A program made the position numbers and the translations under genes. The notes under the pieces were generated by a model, which ran no database searches, was not told where the DNA came from, and saw nothing but the letters and a program-made list of their open reading frames with translations. Below are positions 34,996-46,133 of a stretch of DNA of 64,000 nt, piece after piece. Each line of letters opens with the position of its first letter. Positions within the stretch are counted from its first letter, which is position 1. The DNA comes from Escherichia coli (lineage in GTDB: Bacteria > Pseudomonadota > Gammaproteobacteria > Enterobacterales > Enterobacteriaceae), in NCBI RefSeq assembly GCF_050920415.1, contig NZ_CP169309.1, one strand, 5' to 3'.

Positions 34996-36204
34996 CGTCC
35001 GCGAAATTACCGACGCAATTACGCAGGCAATCAATAAACCGGGGAGTAGCTGATACTCGCCGGTCATTTCACATATCATCAACGTCGACATAATCGGCGC
35101 GTGCGTGGTTGCCGCCAACAGTGTCGCCATCCCGGTTAATCCGAGTAAGAGTGTAATTTCTTCGCCGTCAGGAAACCATAACCCCAGGCTACGTCCATAC
35201 AACATGCCAATGGCAAGACCGATAAAGAGTGTCGGTGTAAACACACCACCAGGCGCGCCGGAACCGCTACTTGCCAGAACGGCAAACAGTTTGCAAAGGA
35301 AGATCCCGCCAATGATCATAAACAGTGGCGGGGCGGTTAAAAAGGATTGTACGGTGCTATAGCCGTTGCCCCACACGGCGGGGGTGAACAGGGAAAGCAG
35401 ACCCACGATCAACCCGCCGAGTGCCAGTTGCCAGGGGGGCGCAAGTTTGAGAATAACAAATCCTCGATGACTGGCGTTCATTAACGTTAACAACACTGGT
35501 CCGCATAGACCTGCCAGCACACCTGTACTGATAATCAGCGCATAGTCACGAGCCTGAACCGTCACTGAGAGTTGTACGCTGTAGAGTAACGCGTCGCTAT
35601 GATTAATCAGATTGCTAACCAGCAACGCCACGACGGCGGAAATAATCACCGGGCCGAGAGAGGCCAACATCATAGTGCCAAACAGCACTTCGGCTATAAA
35701 TAAACTGTCAGCAAGCGGGGCGCGGTAAGCCGCAGCCATTCCCGCCGCAGCTCCACAGGCAATCCATAATTTCCACTCCTGGCGTGGCGTAAAACGCTGA
35801 GCAAAACAGGAGGCGGCAAGGGCAGCTAAAAGAATCATCGCACCTTCGCGACCAATTGCGCTGCCGCTAGTTACTACCAGCAGAGAGGCAAGCGATTTAA
35901 CCAGGCTTGCTGCGTAATCGAATTTACCATCGGTTTGCAACGCTTCCATGTAATCGGTCGGCGCATGAGGGCGTTGCTGGGTAAATTTCTGCCAGCCCAT
36001 CAACAACAAACCCGCCGCCAGTCCGCCGAGCGCCGGAGTTAGCAGCCGTCGCCACGGAGAAAGATTCGTCGCTGCATTGACCAGACTGCCGGAGTCATTA
36101 TTGAGGAACAGCCATTCCAGTAGCAGCATCGCGTGACGAAACGCGGCAACGGCAAAGGCCGCAAGAATACCGACTATTGTTGCGATAAGCAGACGGCGAA
36201 ACAT
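34948..36204 (-). CDS. clcB: ClC-type voltage-gated chloride channel ClcB (418 aa)
   Basis: ClC motifs GSGAPGG and GREGA; start taken at internal ATG 36202-36204 ([17 protein letters not shown]); 3' end overlaps ynfK by 48 bp (convergent). Confidence 0.88.
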   Translation of the reverse strand: MFRRLLIATIVGILAAFAVAAFRHAMLLLEWLFLNNDSGSLVNAATNLSPWRRLLTPALGGLAAGLLLMGWQKFTQQRPHAPTDYMEALQTDGKFDYAASLVKSLASLLVVTSGSAIGREGAMILLAALAASCFAQRFTPRQEWKLWIACGAAAGMAAAYRAPLADSLFIAEVLFGTMMLASLGPVIISAVVALLVSNLINHSDALLYSVQLSVTVQARDYALIISTGVLAGLCGPVLLTLMNASHRGFVILKLAPPWQLALGGLIVGLLSLFTPAVWGNGYSTVQSFLTAPPLFMIIGGIFLCKLFAVLASSGSGAPGGVFTPTLFIGLAIGMLYGRSLGLWFPDGEEITLLLGLTGMATLLAATTHAPIMSTLMICEMTGEYQLLPGLLIACVIASVISRTLHRDSIYRQHTAQHS

Positions 36205-36397
36205 AGTACGCAGATCCGGATAGCTGTGTAGATGGTGCATGAGCAGAAATGGACAATGAAACACGAGCGACTATTTTGCGGCAAAACAGGTTATCGGCAA
36301 AAGCAGTGCGTGCTTAAAGCGATAAAATACGTGACGTTGTAACGTATTATTGCCGAATGACGCGTGATTGTCGCCATTCGGCAATATTGCGGCAACT

Positions 36398-37012
36398 TTA
36401 TCGAAACAGTGGTTTAACCGCGACAGGAATCAACAGTTGTGATTGCCATTGCGCCAGCGTTAAGCGAGCCAGTTCACCCAGCGCACGGTAGAAAGGGTGT
36501 TCTGCTTTTTCGATAAAAACGTCGAGAAAACGTGTTGACCACGGAAAAAGATGCCATGCCAGCAATTCTTCACATTCTGTTTGGCGACCATTCTCCGCCA
36601 ACCACGCAGCCATCAACAGCAGTGAACCAAAATGATCTTCCGGTTCGTTTTGCTTCATTTCGAACTGAATGCCTTTCTCGCGCATCCATTGACGAAGTGC
36701 CAATGTTGAATCGCCAAACAGCACAGATTCGCGATCCAGCCAGACCGACCCCCACGGCGGAGACGGCAGTGCCCACGGGCCGACAAACAAACGCTGCCAG
36801 GCCTGGGCGCGAGTCTCTTCACTCTGTGCCTGAAAAGCCGTCACCAGCGGCGCTAATGACGCTTCTGGTAGAGGCCACTGAGTTTCCCAGCCGTCACTGG
36901 TGAGTACCGCAACCAGAGGTGCGGCTTCCGCACTCTCTGGAGCGTAATAAAACAGCGCGCCCAACACGCGCGCCGCGACAGAAAAATTATCTTGCTGTGA
37001 AAAATGGGTCAT
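36398..37012 (-). CDS. dmsD: Tat proofreading chaperone DmsD (204 aa)
   Basis: MTHFSQQDNFSVAARVLGALFYYAPESAEAAPLVAVL...; last gene of the ynfEFGH-dmsD operon. Confidence 0.88.
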   Translation of the reverse strand: MTHFSQQDNFSVAARVLGALFYYAPESAEAAPLVAVLTSDGWETQWPLPEASLAPLVTAFQAQSEETRAQAWQRLFVGPWALPSPPWGSVWLDRESVLFGDSTLALRQWMREKGIQFEMKQNEPEDHFGSLLLMAAWLAENGRQTECEELLAWHLFPWSTRFLDVFIEKAEHPFYRALGELARLTLAQWQSQLLIPVAVKPLFR

Positions 37013-37054
37013 TCCTAACATCCTGAAATGTGCGGGTTGCCCCGCACCAATTTG

Positions 37055-37909
37055 TTAACCTGCAATAGCCATTCCTACTGTCATGTGCAGGCCATAAAAG
37101 AGCACACGCCCGATCATCTCACCGCCAAGTATGAGGATTAGCCCCAGAATAAGTCCGGCAACGTGAGGTTCGCGGCGACGAATGAGCGGGCAAAGCCAGC
37201 ATCCAAGACCTGCGCATAACAATACCACACGCCAGACCTGTAAGGAGGCGTAATCTGGTACCAGTGCGCTGGCTTGTTGCACGGATGAGTGAATAGACGC
37301 CAGAGACAAACCTTGCAGCACAATCACCCCGGCACAAGCGATCAGCGCCAGAACGCTAATGATGGCAAATGGTGTGGTATTAAATGTAACGCGAGCTGCC
37401 CGCAGAATTGCGGCAGCAAGTATTGGACCGCTCAACAATACCGTCAGGAAGAAAGCTAGCGTAGTGTAACCGTTATGCCAGGTTGGCACGGTGTCGATTT
37501 GATACACGCAGGTCATCATCCAGACGAAAATGACGCCGAGCGCCATGCTGACAAGTAACCAGAGTTTCCCCAACGCTTGCGGCATTTTACCGATGACCGC
37601 CACCAGCCACCATAGTCCGCCAACGGCAAAAAATATGGAACCGGCAGCAATCTCGTTACTCAGACCAGAAGCTCCGATTCGATTCAGCGAGTTAAACGCT
37701 CGCAGTGGCGATCCCAGGTGCATGACAGAGGCAATAAACCCGATGCCCATCAACAGCCAGAGGAAAAACATGCCACGGACAATACGCTGACGGTCTGCGT
37801 CATTTTTGGCGGCGAACCAGCCAATTCCGCTAACAATCAGCGCGCCTACTACGCATTGACCCAATACGGTAAAGATAACCAGTGGCCATTCATGCCATCC
37901 ATTTCCCAT
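37055..37909 (-). CDS. ynfH: DMSO-reductase-family membrane anchor subunit YnfH (284 aa)
   Basis: Hydrophobic DmsC-like protein starting MGNGWHEWPLVIFTVLGQCVVGALIV at ATG 37907-37909; in this window it is the 3' part of a single 489-codon ORF that begins as ynfG. Confidence 0.85.
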   Translation of the reverse strand: MGNGWHEWPLVIFTVLGQCVVGALIVSGIGWFAAKNDADRQRIVRGMFFLWLLMGIGFIASVMHLGSPLRAFNSLNRIGASGLSNEIAAGSIFFAVGGLWWLVAVIGKMPQALGKLWLLVSMALGVIFVWMMTCVYQIDTVPTWHNGYTTLAFFLTVLLSGPILAAAILRAARVTFNTTPFAIISVLALIACAGVIVLQGLSLASIHSSVQQASALVPDYASLQVWRVVLLCAGLGCWLCPLIRRREPHVAGLILGLILILGGEMIGRVLFYGLHMTVGMAIAG

Positions 37910-38524
37910 TTTACACTTCCTCCGGATTAGCCAGATAACCAGTGGTATCGCCGGTCGGCTGTTGGCGTTAGGTTTGATAACGATATTGGGTTTTGTGAAA
38001 TGCGCGCGCGGCAGTGGCGCGACGGCAGCCAGAGTGCCGTGCTTCTGGCGCAGCTCTTCAATTGGACCGAACTCAAGTGCACGCAGCGGGCAGGATTCGA
38101 CGCATATGGGTTGTTTCCCCTCGGCGACGCGCGAATAACAACCATCGCACTTCGTCATGTGCCCTTTTTCAGCATTGTACTGTGGTGCGCCGTACGGACA
38201 AGCCATGTGGCAGTAGCGGCAGCCGATACAAACATCTTCATCAACCACCACAAAGCCATCTTCACGCTTATGCATTGCGCCGCTGGGGCAGACTTTTGTA
38301 CATGCGGGGTCATCGCAATGGTTACAGGAGATGGAGAGATAATAAGCGAACACGTTCTGGTGCCAGACGCCATTATCTTCCTGCCAGTCGCCGCCAGCGT
38401 ATTCATAAATACGGCGGAAACTGACTTCCGGGCCAAGATCTTTAAAATCTTTGCACGCCAGTTCGCAGGTTTTACAGCCTGTACAGCGGCTGGAATCGAT
38501 AAAAAATCCATATTGTGTGGTCAT
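37910..38524 (-). CDS. ynfG: DMSO-reductase-family Fe-S subunit YnfG; codons 1-191 intact, C-terminus frame-altered, no stop codon, reads in-frame into ynfH
   Basis: Four-cluster ferredoxin motifs (CTGCKTCELAC, CNHCDDPACTKVCP, CIGCRYCHMACP, CDGCYSRV...C). After ...KPNANSRP the frame gives AIPLVIWLIRRKCK and then the ynfH Met, where a DmsB-like ...PTGDTTGYLANPEEV-stop is expected. Confidence 0.8.
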
Positions 38525-38534
38525 GGGCTACTCC

Positions 38535-40958
38535 TTAAACCTTTTCGATCTGGACGAGATTGCTGTGCGACGGGTTTCCCTTTGCCAGCGGTGAAGGGCG
38601 GTGAGAGGTCAGAATATTGATACTGCCGCCGTGATCGACCCGGTCACCAAACATATCCGCTTTAAGCCACGCACCTTGCCCGATGGCGGTAACGCCAGGC
38701 AGAATACGCGGAGTCACTTTTGCGGCAATCAGCATTTCTCCATTATTGTTAAATACCCGCACGGTATCGCCATGACGGATACCGCGTGCCTGAGCATCAA
38801 TGGGGTTGATCCACACCTCTTGTGGGCAGGCCTGCTGTAACACATCAATATTGCCGTAGCTGGAGTGGGTACGCGCTTTGTAGTGGAAGCCCGTTAACTG
38901 CAGTGGATAGGTTTTCCGCAGGGGATCGTCCCAGCCATCAAAACCTGGGGTATACGCAGGAAGGGGATGAATAATTTCATCTTTTTTCAATTCCCAGGTA
39001 TCTGCAATCTTCGCCAGTCGTTCAGAATAAATTTCGATTTTCCCCGAAGGTGTTTTCAATGGGTTTGCCTGTGGATCTTCACGGAATGCGCGGAAAGCGA
39101 CGTAATGTTCTTCCGGGCATTTTTTCTTAAAGATCCCGGTCGTTTTCATCTCCTCGTAGTCCGGCATCTCAGGGTTACGTTCCTTCGTTTTCGCATGGAG
39201 ATATTTGATCCATTCATGCTGACTGCGACCTTCAGTAAAGGTTTGATAAACGTCTGGTCCTAAGCGTTTCGCGACTTCACTCAGCATCCAGTAGATGGGT
39301 TTGCGTTCAAATTTTGCTGAGGTTGCGGGTTGGGCGAGGATCACATAGCCCATATTCCCTGCAGATTCATGAGAGATAAGGTCTTCTTGCTCTGTTGGCA
39401 TCAGGTCGGGCAACAGGATATCGCAATACTTAGCCGAGGCCGTCATGAAGTGGTCAATGCCAACAATCATCTCGCACTTGCTGTCATCCTGAAGCACCTC
39501 ATGGGTGTGATTGATGTCGCCATGTTGATTGATCAATGTGTTACTGGCGTAGCACCATAAAAACTTGATGGGGACATCCAGTTTTTCTTTTCCACGAATA
39601 CCATCACGGGTCGCGGTCATTTCCGTACCGTGGTCGATGGCATCTGTCCATGTAAAGACGGAAATCTGCGTTTTAACAGGATTATCAAGCATCGGGAACC
39701 ATTCGACCCCCAGATCCCAGCTACCTTCGCGTACACCTGAGTTGCCGCCGTTTATGCCGACGTTACCGGTGAGAACGGAAAGCATGGCAATAGCGCGGGA
39801 CGTTTGCTCGCCGTTGGAGTGTCGTTGTGGCCCCCAACCCTGACAAATATAAGCAGGTTTTGCTGAACCGATCTCTCGTGCCAACTGGATAATTTTTTCT
39901 GCCGGGATGCTGGTGATTTTTGCTGCCCATTCCGGCGTTTTAGCTATGCCGTCAGGCCCTTCGCCCAGAATATAGGCTTTATAATGCGCGTTACGTGGTG
40001 CGTTGGCGGGCAGCGTTTTTTCATCGTAACCAACACAATATTTGTCGAGAAATGGCTGATCGACCATGTTTTCCGTAATCAGTACCCAGGCAATCGCACA
40101 GGCCAGTGCGCCATCGGTGCCAGGGCGAATGGGCAGCCATTCATCTTCACGCCCGGCAGCTGTGTCGTTATAACGTGGATCAATGACGATCATGCGTGCG
40201 TTTGAACGTTCGCGGGCTTGCTCGACGTAGTAAGTGACACCACCGCCGCTCATCCGGGTTTCTGCCGGGTTATTTCCGAACATAACGACCAGCTTCGTAT
40301 TGGCGATATCATCCGGGCTGTTGCCATCATTGGCACCGAACATATAACTCATTGCGGCACTGATCTGTGCGGTACTGTAGCTGCCATAGCGACTGAGAAA
40401 ACCACCACAAGAGTTCATCAGACGGTACGGGACGTTTGAGTTGGTGATGTTTCCGCCATCTACGCCTGTTCCATAGAGAACATGTACAGCCTCATTGCCG
40501 TAATCTTTTAGGATCCGCCGAAGATTATCACTGATGGTCTCCAGGGCTTCGTCCCAACTTATCCGTTCAAATTTACCTTCACCGCGCTTGCCGACGCGCT
40601 TCATGGGATATTTCAACCTATCAGGATGATTCATCCGTCGGCGGATAGAGCGCCCGCGTAAACAGGCGCGAACCTGATGATTACCGTAGACGTCGTCACC
40701 TGTCGTATCAGACTCCACCCAGTACACAGTGTCATCTTTCACATGCAAACGTAACAGACAGCGGCTCCCGCAGTTAACGGTGCAGGAACTCCAGACCGCT
40801 TTCTCTTCTACCGGAGCCTCTGCCGCTCGGACCATTTGGGAAAATGGCAGAGTGAAAGCACTGCTTGCCAGCGCGAGACTGCCAAGTGCGGAGGTTTTCA
40901 TCAGACTTCTACGGCTGATTTCAGCCTTCATGAGCGCCTCTGTGGTATGGATTTTCAT
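38535..40958 (-). CDS. ynfF: Molybdopterin oxidoreductase catalytic subunit YnfF (DmsA paralogue, 807 aa)
   Basis: Tat signal (SRRSLMKTSALGSLALA), N-terminal Cys cluster (CTVNCGSRC), MopB domains; intact. Confidence 0.9.
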   Translation of the reverse strand: MKIHTTEALMKAEISRRSLMKTSALGSLALASSAFTLPFSQMVRAAEAPVEEKAVWSSCTVNCGSRCLLRLHVKDDTVYWVESDTTGDDVYGNHQVRACLRGRSIRRRMNHPDRLKYPMKRVGKRGEGKFERISWDEALETISDNLRRILKDYGNEAVHVLYGTGVDGGNITNSNVPYRLMNSCGGFLSRYGSYSTAQISAAMSYMFGANDGNSPDDIANTKLVVMFGNNPAETRMSGGGVTYYVEQARERSNARMIVIDPRYNDTAAGREDEWLPIRPGTDGALACAIAWVLITENMVDQPFLDKYCVGYDEKTLPANAPRNAHYKAYILGEGPDGIAKTPEWAAKITSIPAEKIIQLAREIGSAKPAYICQGWGPQRHSNGEQTSRAIAMLSVLTGNVGINGGNSGVREGSWDLGVEWFPMLDNPVKTQISVFTWTDAIDHGTEMTATRDGIRGKEKLDVPIKFLWCYASNTLINQHGDINHTHEVLQDDSKCEMIVGIDHFMTASAKYCDILLPDLMPTEQEDLISHESAGNMGYVILAQPATSAKFERKPIYWMLSEVAKRLGPDVYQTFTEGRSQHEWIKYLHAKTKERNPEMPDYEEMKTTGIFKKKCPEEHYVAFRAFREDPQANPLKTPSGKIEIYSERLAKIADTWELKKDEIIHPLPAYTPGFDGWDDPLRKTYPLQLTGFHYKARTHSSYGNIDVLQQACPQEVWINPIDAQARGIRHGDTVRVFNNNGEMLIAAKVTPRILPGVTAIGQGAWLKADMFGDRVDHGGSINILTSHRPSPLAKGNPSHSNLVQIEKV

Positions 40959-41018
40959 CATTACTCACTTATTGCTTTTCAAACAAAATGTCATGCCAGA
41001 ATTTATGGTTGTAGTGGG

Positions 41019-43206
41019 TTATATTTTTTCGATCTCGACCAGATTAGTGTGCTGCGGGTTTCCCTTCGCCAGTGGTGAAGGGCGCAGAGTGGTTAGCGTA
41101 TTCACACAGCCGCCGTGGTCGATTTTATCGCCAGACATATTGGCCTCGTGCCAGGCTCCCTGGCCCATAGCGCTAACTCCAGGGAGAATGCGTGGTGTCA
41201 CTTTGGCTGGTAGCCGAACTTCGCCACGATGGTTAAACACCCGCACCATATCGCCGTTGGCAATCCCACGTTTCTGTGCATCTATAGGGTTGATCCACAC
41301 TTCCTGACGGCAGGCTGCCTTCAGGACATCAATGTTGCCGTAGGTCGAGTGAGTACGAGATTTGTAATGGAAACCAAACAGTTGTAGCGGGAAGGTACTA
41401 CGTTCAGGGGCGTCCCAGCCTTCGAAGGTTGAGGCATAAACCGGCAGTGGGCTTATTACTTCATCTTTTTCGAGTTCCCAGGTACGGGCAATTTCCGCCA
41501 GTTTGCTGGAATAAATTTCGATCTTACCGGAAGGCGTTTTAAGTGGATTTGTCTCGGGGTCGTCACGAAATGCTTTGTAGGCGATAAAATGACCATTAGG
41601 ATCCTTACGCTTATAGATACCCATTTTTTTCAGTTCGTCGTAAGACGGTAATGCCGGATCTTTGGCAAGCATTTTGGCGTACAGATGTTGTAACCATTGT
41701 TCCTGAGTGCGGCCTTCAGTGAATTTTTGATAGACGTCAGGGCCAAGACGTTTCGCGACTTCACTTAGGATCCAGTAAATCGGTTTGCGTTCGAATTTTT
41801 CGCTGGTGACTGGCTGGAGGAAAATGAGATATCCCATGTTACCGGCGTAATCGTTAGGAATAATATCTTCCTGCTCAACGGTCATCAGGTCTGGCAGCAG
41901 AATGTCGGCATATTTTGCCGATGAGGTCATAAAGTTTTCGATGACCACAATCATTTCGCATTTCGATTCGTCCTGCAGAATTTCATGCGTTTTGTTAATG
42001 TCAGAATGCTGATTAACCAGGGTATTTCCCGCGTAGTTCCAGATGAACTTAATGGGCACATCCAGTTTATCTTTGCCGCGGACGCCGTCGCGGATTGCCG
42101 TCATTTGCGGGCCATGATCGATAGCATCCGTCCAGCTGAAGCAGGAGATTGATGTTTTGACCGGATTATCCAGCACCGGCAGGCGTTCTATGGTAATGGT
42201 ATAGGTGGATTCACGCGCGCCACTATTTCCGCCGCTGATGCCGACATTGCCCGTCAGAATAGGCAACATCGCAATAGCGCGTGCGGTCAGCTCACCGTTT
42301 GCCTGGCGTTGCGGTCCCCAACCCTGGCAGATATAAGCGGGTTTTGCTGTGCCGATTTCACGCGCCAGTTTGATGATACGGTCCACCGGGATACCGGTAA
42401 TTTGCGAAGCCCACTGCGGCGTTTTCGCTGTGTTATCATCACCTTCACCAAGAATATAGGCTTTATAGTGGCCATTTTTTGGTGCATCTGCGGGTAAGGT
42501 TTTTTCGTCATAACCGACGCAGTATTTATCGAGAAAAGGTTGATCAACGAGATTTTCGTTAATCAATGCCATCATTACTGCCGTAGGTGTAGGGCATGGC
42601 ACAGGAAATTTGCGCGGTGCTGTAGGAGCCATACTGGTTGAGTGAACCGCCGTAGCAGTTCATCAGGCGTTTGACCGCCGAGGCTGATGGCGAAGAGCGG
42701 GTCATATTGCCGCCAACGATCCCCGAAGAGTACTGAATATATACAGCCTCATTGCCATATTGTTCGACGGTTTTTTTCAGACTACTGGCGATAGTATCCA
42801 GGGCTTCATCCCAGCTAATCCGTTCGAATTTGCCTTCGCCGCGTTTGCCCACGCGTTTCATTGGGTAATTCAAGCGATCGGGATGATTAATACGCCGACG
42901 GATGGACCGACCGCGCAAACAGGCGCGTACTTGATGATTGCCATACTCGTCGCTGCCGGTGTTGTCAGTTTCCACCCAGGTGACTTCATTATCTTTAACA
43001 TGTAGACGAAGTGCACAGCGGCTACCACAGTTGACGGAACAGGCACCCCAGACCACTTTTTCGCTGGCCTGTTGTACCGCTGCCGCTGCACTGCGCAGGG
43101 TGAACGGTAAAGAAAAACCGCCTGCAGCCAGCGCCAGAGAACCTATCGCGGTAGATTTAACGAGTGTTCTGCGGCTGATGCCCACCATTTGTTCATTTTT
43201 GGACAT
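41019..43206 (-). pseudogene. ynfE: ynfE (DmsA paralogue) disrupted: N-terminal 215-codon ORF (42559..43206) and C-terminal 537-codon ORF (41019..42632) lie in different frames; about 80 codons are missing at the junction
   Basis: N-terminal ORF has Tat signal and Cys cluster and ends ...YGSNDGID-stop. C-terminal ORF resumes at ...LINENLVDQPFLDKYCVGYDEK. The intact paralogue ynfF in this same window has 80 residues between the equivalent NDG and LITENMVDQ. Confidence 0.75.
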
Positions 43207-43404
43207 AACTCACTCCCTGTTCTTTATCGTTATATAAAAGTTTATATATTGAATATTTAGCGCGCTAACAATAGAGGGAGTCTACCCATTTTGGGTTAAG
43301 AATTATTAATCCATATCAATAGAAGGGTATGAGTAATAAGGCGGGATTATGTTGTATGTTCATATCGCCGGACCTGTTGAATCCGGCGTTTAGTCAATAA
43401 TGTG

Positions 43405-43710
43405 TTACTGCGGTTCGGCAGGCGCGCCATCCTGAGTAGACTGCGCGGGGGCAGAGACGTTACCGCTGGTGGTGCGGGTGTAAAGAATTTTATGCGTATC
43501 ATTGGCGCAATGCCCGACGACCTGGGAATCAGGCTGATCAACCTGGTCATTGGGTACAATACTTAACGTGAAGCTGCTTTCGGGTACGCCATTATTGATA
43601 ATACGCTGTGATATATCGCTCTTTATGCGCTCACAGGATCCCGGCGCGGCGAGTACCGCGGGTGAGGTGAGTGCGAGCAGAAGCGCGGCACAGCAAGTTG
43701 AGAGTTTCAT
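43405..43710 (-). CDS. ynfD: DUF1161-family periplasmic protein YnfD (101 aa)
   Basis: Signal peptide MKLSTCCAALLLALTSPAVLA; start at internal ATG 43708-43710. Confidence 0.8.
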   Translation of the reverse strand: MKLSTCCAALLLALTSPAVLAAPGSCERIKSDISQRIINNGVPESSFTLSIVPNDQVDQPDSQVVGHCANDTHKILYTRTTSGNVSAPAQSTQDGAPAEPQ

Positions 43711-43817
43711 CATAAGCTCCTTTCGCGAATATAACTTCTTTAAGCATAGCATTTAACGTGTAAAGTACTGTATTTGCTACTATGATTGAGAATCATCTCT
43801 ACTGTCTGGTGACTGTT

Positions 43818-44528
43818 GTGAAATACAAATTACTACCATGCTTACTCGCGATATTACTCACAGGATGTGACCGCACAGAGGTAACACTTTCATTTACCCC
43901 TGAGATGGCTAGTTTCTCTAATGAATTCGATTTTGATCCGCTGCGTGGTCCGGTAAAAGATTTCACTCAGACATTAATGGATGAGCAAGGGGAAGTAACG
44001 AAGCGTGTTTCGGGGACTTTGTCGGAAGAAGGCTGTTTTGATTCACTCGAATTATTGGATCTGGAAAATAATACCGTGGTTGCCCTGGTATTGGACGCCA
44101 ATTATTACCGTGATGCCCAGACGCTGGAGAAAAGAGTACGTTTACAGGGAAAATGCCAGCTAGCAGAATTACCTTCTGCCGGGGTGAGTTGGGAAACCGA
44201 TGATAATGGCTTCGTGATTAAAGCCAGCAGCCAACAAATGCAGATGGAATATCGCTATGATGATCAGGGTTATCCGCTGGGTAAAACCACGAAAAGTAAC
44301 GACAAAACATTATCTGTTAGCGCTACGCCATCAACGGATCCGATCAAAAAATTAGATTACACAGCGGTTACTTTACTGAATAATCAACGGGTTGGTAATG
44401 TAAAACAGAGCTGTGAATATGACAGTCACGCCAATCCGGTAGACTGTCAGCTAATCATTGTTGATGAAGGAGTAAAACCCGCCGTCGAACGGGTTTATAC
44501 CATCAAAAATACTATCGATTATTATTAA
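43818..44528 (+). CDS. ynfC: UPF0257 lipoprotein YnfC (236 aa)
   Basis: GTG start at 43818; lipobox LLTGC in (M)KYKLLPCLLAILLTGCDRTEV. Confidence 0.82.
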   Translation: MKYKLLPCLLAILLTGCDRTEVTLSFTPEMASFSNEFDFDPLRGPVKDFTQTLMDEQGEVTKRVSGTLSEEGCFDSLELLDLENNTVVALVLDANYYRDAQTLEKRVRLQGKCQLAELPSAGVSWETDDNGFVIKASSQQMQMEYRYDDQGYPLGKTTKSNDKTLSVSATPSTDPIKKLDYTAVTLLNNQRVGNVKQSCEYDSHANPVDCQLIIVDEGVKPAVERVYTIKNTIDYY

Positions 44529-44530
44529 TG

Positions 44531-45091
44531 CTATTGTGCGGTCGGCTTCAGGAGAGTCTGACCCGGTGTTTTGTGCTCTGCCAGATACTGATGCTGGAAT
44601 ATGCACATGCGAATGGCATTCCGATATTGACCATTAATAAAGAACTCATGCATCAATTCACCTTCAACCGTAAAGCCAAGCTTGCGGTAAATGTGAATCG
44701 CTTTTTCATTCTCTTTATCGACGATCAGATACAGCTTATAGAGATTGAGAACGGTGAAGCCATAGTCCATTGCTAATTTTGCAGCACGCGTTGCCAGACC
44801 TTTCCCCTGATATTCCGGGGAGATAATTATCTGAAATTCTGCGCGGCGATGAACATGGTTAATTTCCACCAGCTCCACCAGACCGGCTTTTTCGCCGTCA
44901 CATTCCACCACAAAGCGCCGTTCGCTCTGATCGTGAATATGCTTATCGTACAGATCAGAGAGTTCAACAAAGGCTTCGTAGGGTTCCTCAAACCAGTAAC
45001 GCATCACACTGGCGTTATTGTCGAGTTGATGTACATAGCGTAAATCTTCACGCTCCAGCGGGCGTAGCTTAACACTGTGGGCGCTTGGCAT
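44531..45091 (-). CDS. speG: Spermidine N1-acetyltransferase SpeG (GNAT), 186 aa
   Basis: [41 protein letters not shown]...; GNAT fold; convergent with ynfC. Confidence 0.95.
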   Translation of the reverse strand: MPSAHSVKLRPLEREDLRYVHQLDNNASVMRYWFEEPYEAFVELSDLYDKHIHDQSERRFVVECDGEKAGLVELVEINHVHRRAEFQIIISPEYQGKGLATRAAKLAMDYGFTVLNLYKLYLIVDKENEKAIHIYRKLGFTVEGELMHEFFINGQYRNAIRMCIFQHQYLAEHKTPGQTLLKPTAQ

Positions 45092-45125
45092 AACGTGTCC
45101 TTACATTCCTTAAATCAATAACAGG

Positions 45126-45467
45126 TTAGGGGGTAATAACGCGGCCAGTTCGACGGTCCAGGCAGCGCAAAGTATTTGGCTCCCAGTAGGCATTGATATT
45201 GGCGCTTTGCTCACATTTATCGCGGTTATCAAAAGCGGCGTCGGCTTTATCCCACTCTTTTTCAGTGCGTTTATTCACTTTCTGGCGCAGATTGCGCGTG
45301 TCATTCCATTGCTCTTTTTCCATAGCGGCGTGCTGGCGGCTTTGTGCACTGTCGCCAGACTCAATCACCAGTTTGTTAGTTTCGGCATGAACAGTTGTGC
45401 TCAATGCCAGTGCGCAAGGCAGCAGAAAAGCGAGCAGGCCAATTCGTTTGCTGAGAGTAATTTTCAT
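45126..45467 (-). CDS. ynfB: UPF0482 secreted protein YnfB (113 aa)
   Basis: Signal peptide plus small soluble domain; position next to speG. Confidence 0.82.
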
Positions 45468-45601
45468 AATTCATTCCCTGTATGAATGATTAAAGGTGAT
45501 TCTACACCATCCACTGCGAACGCAAAACGTACCAGGAGGATGTTTATATTGATGATATTATGTCGTCCTATAACTATACATGATGTCAATAAGTGACAAA
45601 G

Positions 45602-45928
45602 ATGATTAAAACAACGTTACTATTTTTTGCTACTGCGCTGTGTGAAATTATTGGATGCTTTCTGCCCTGGTTGTGGTTGAAACGAAACGCCAGTATCTGG
45701 CTGTTGCTTCCGGCGGGGATTTCTCTGGCACTGTTTGTCTGGTTGTTAACGTTGCATCCTGCGGCGAGTGGGCGTGTTTACGCGGCTTATGGTGGCGTTT
45801 ATGTCTGCACGGCGTTGATTTGGCTGCGCGTTGTGGATGGCGTGAAACTGAGTCTTTATGACTGGACGGGGGCGTTGATTGCGCTTTGCGGCATGTTGAT
45901 CATTGTTGCGGGCTGGGGGCGCGCGTAA
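45602..45928 (+). CDS. ynfA: UPF0060 small membrane protein YnfA (108 aa)
   Basis: [33 protein letters not shown]... from internal ATG 45602. Confidence 0.85.
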
Positions 45929-46133
45929 GGACATAAATCCATTTTATCAATAAGATACAAGGAAGTGTCAGCTGACAAAAGGTATTCTATTTCATCTTTT
46001 GTCAACCATTCACGGCGCAAATATACGCCTTTTTTTGTGATCACTCCGGCTTTTTTCGATCTTCATACTTGTATGGTAGTAGCTCAGTTGCGTAGATTTC
46101 ATGCATCACGACAAGCGATGCAAGGAATCGAAC

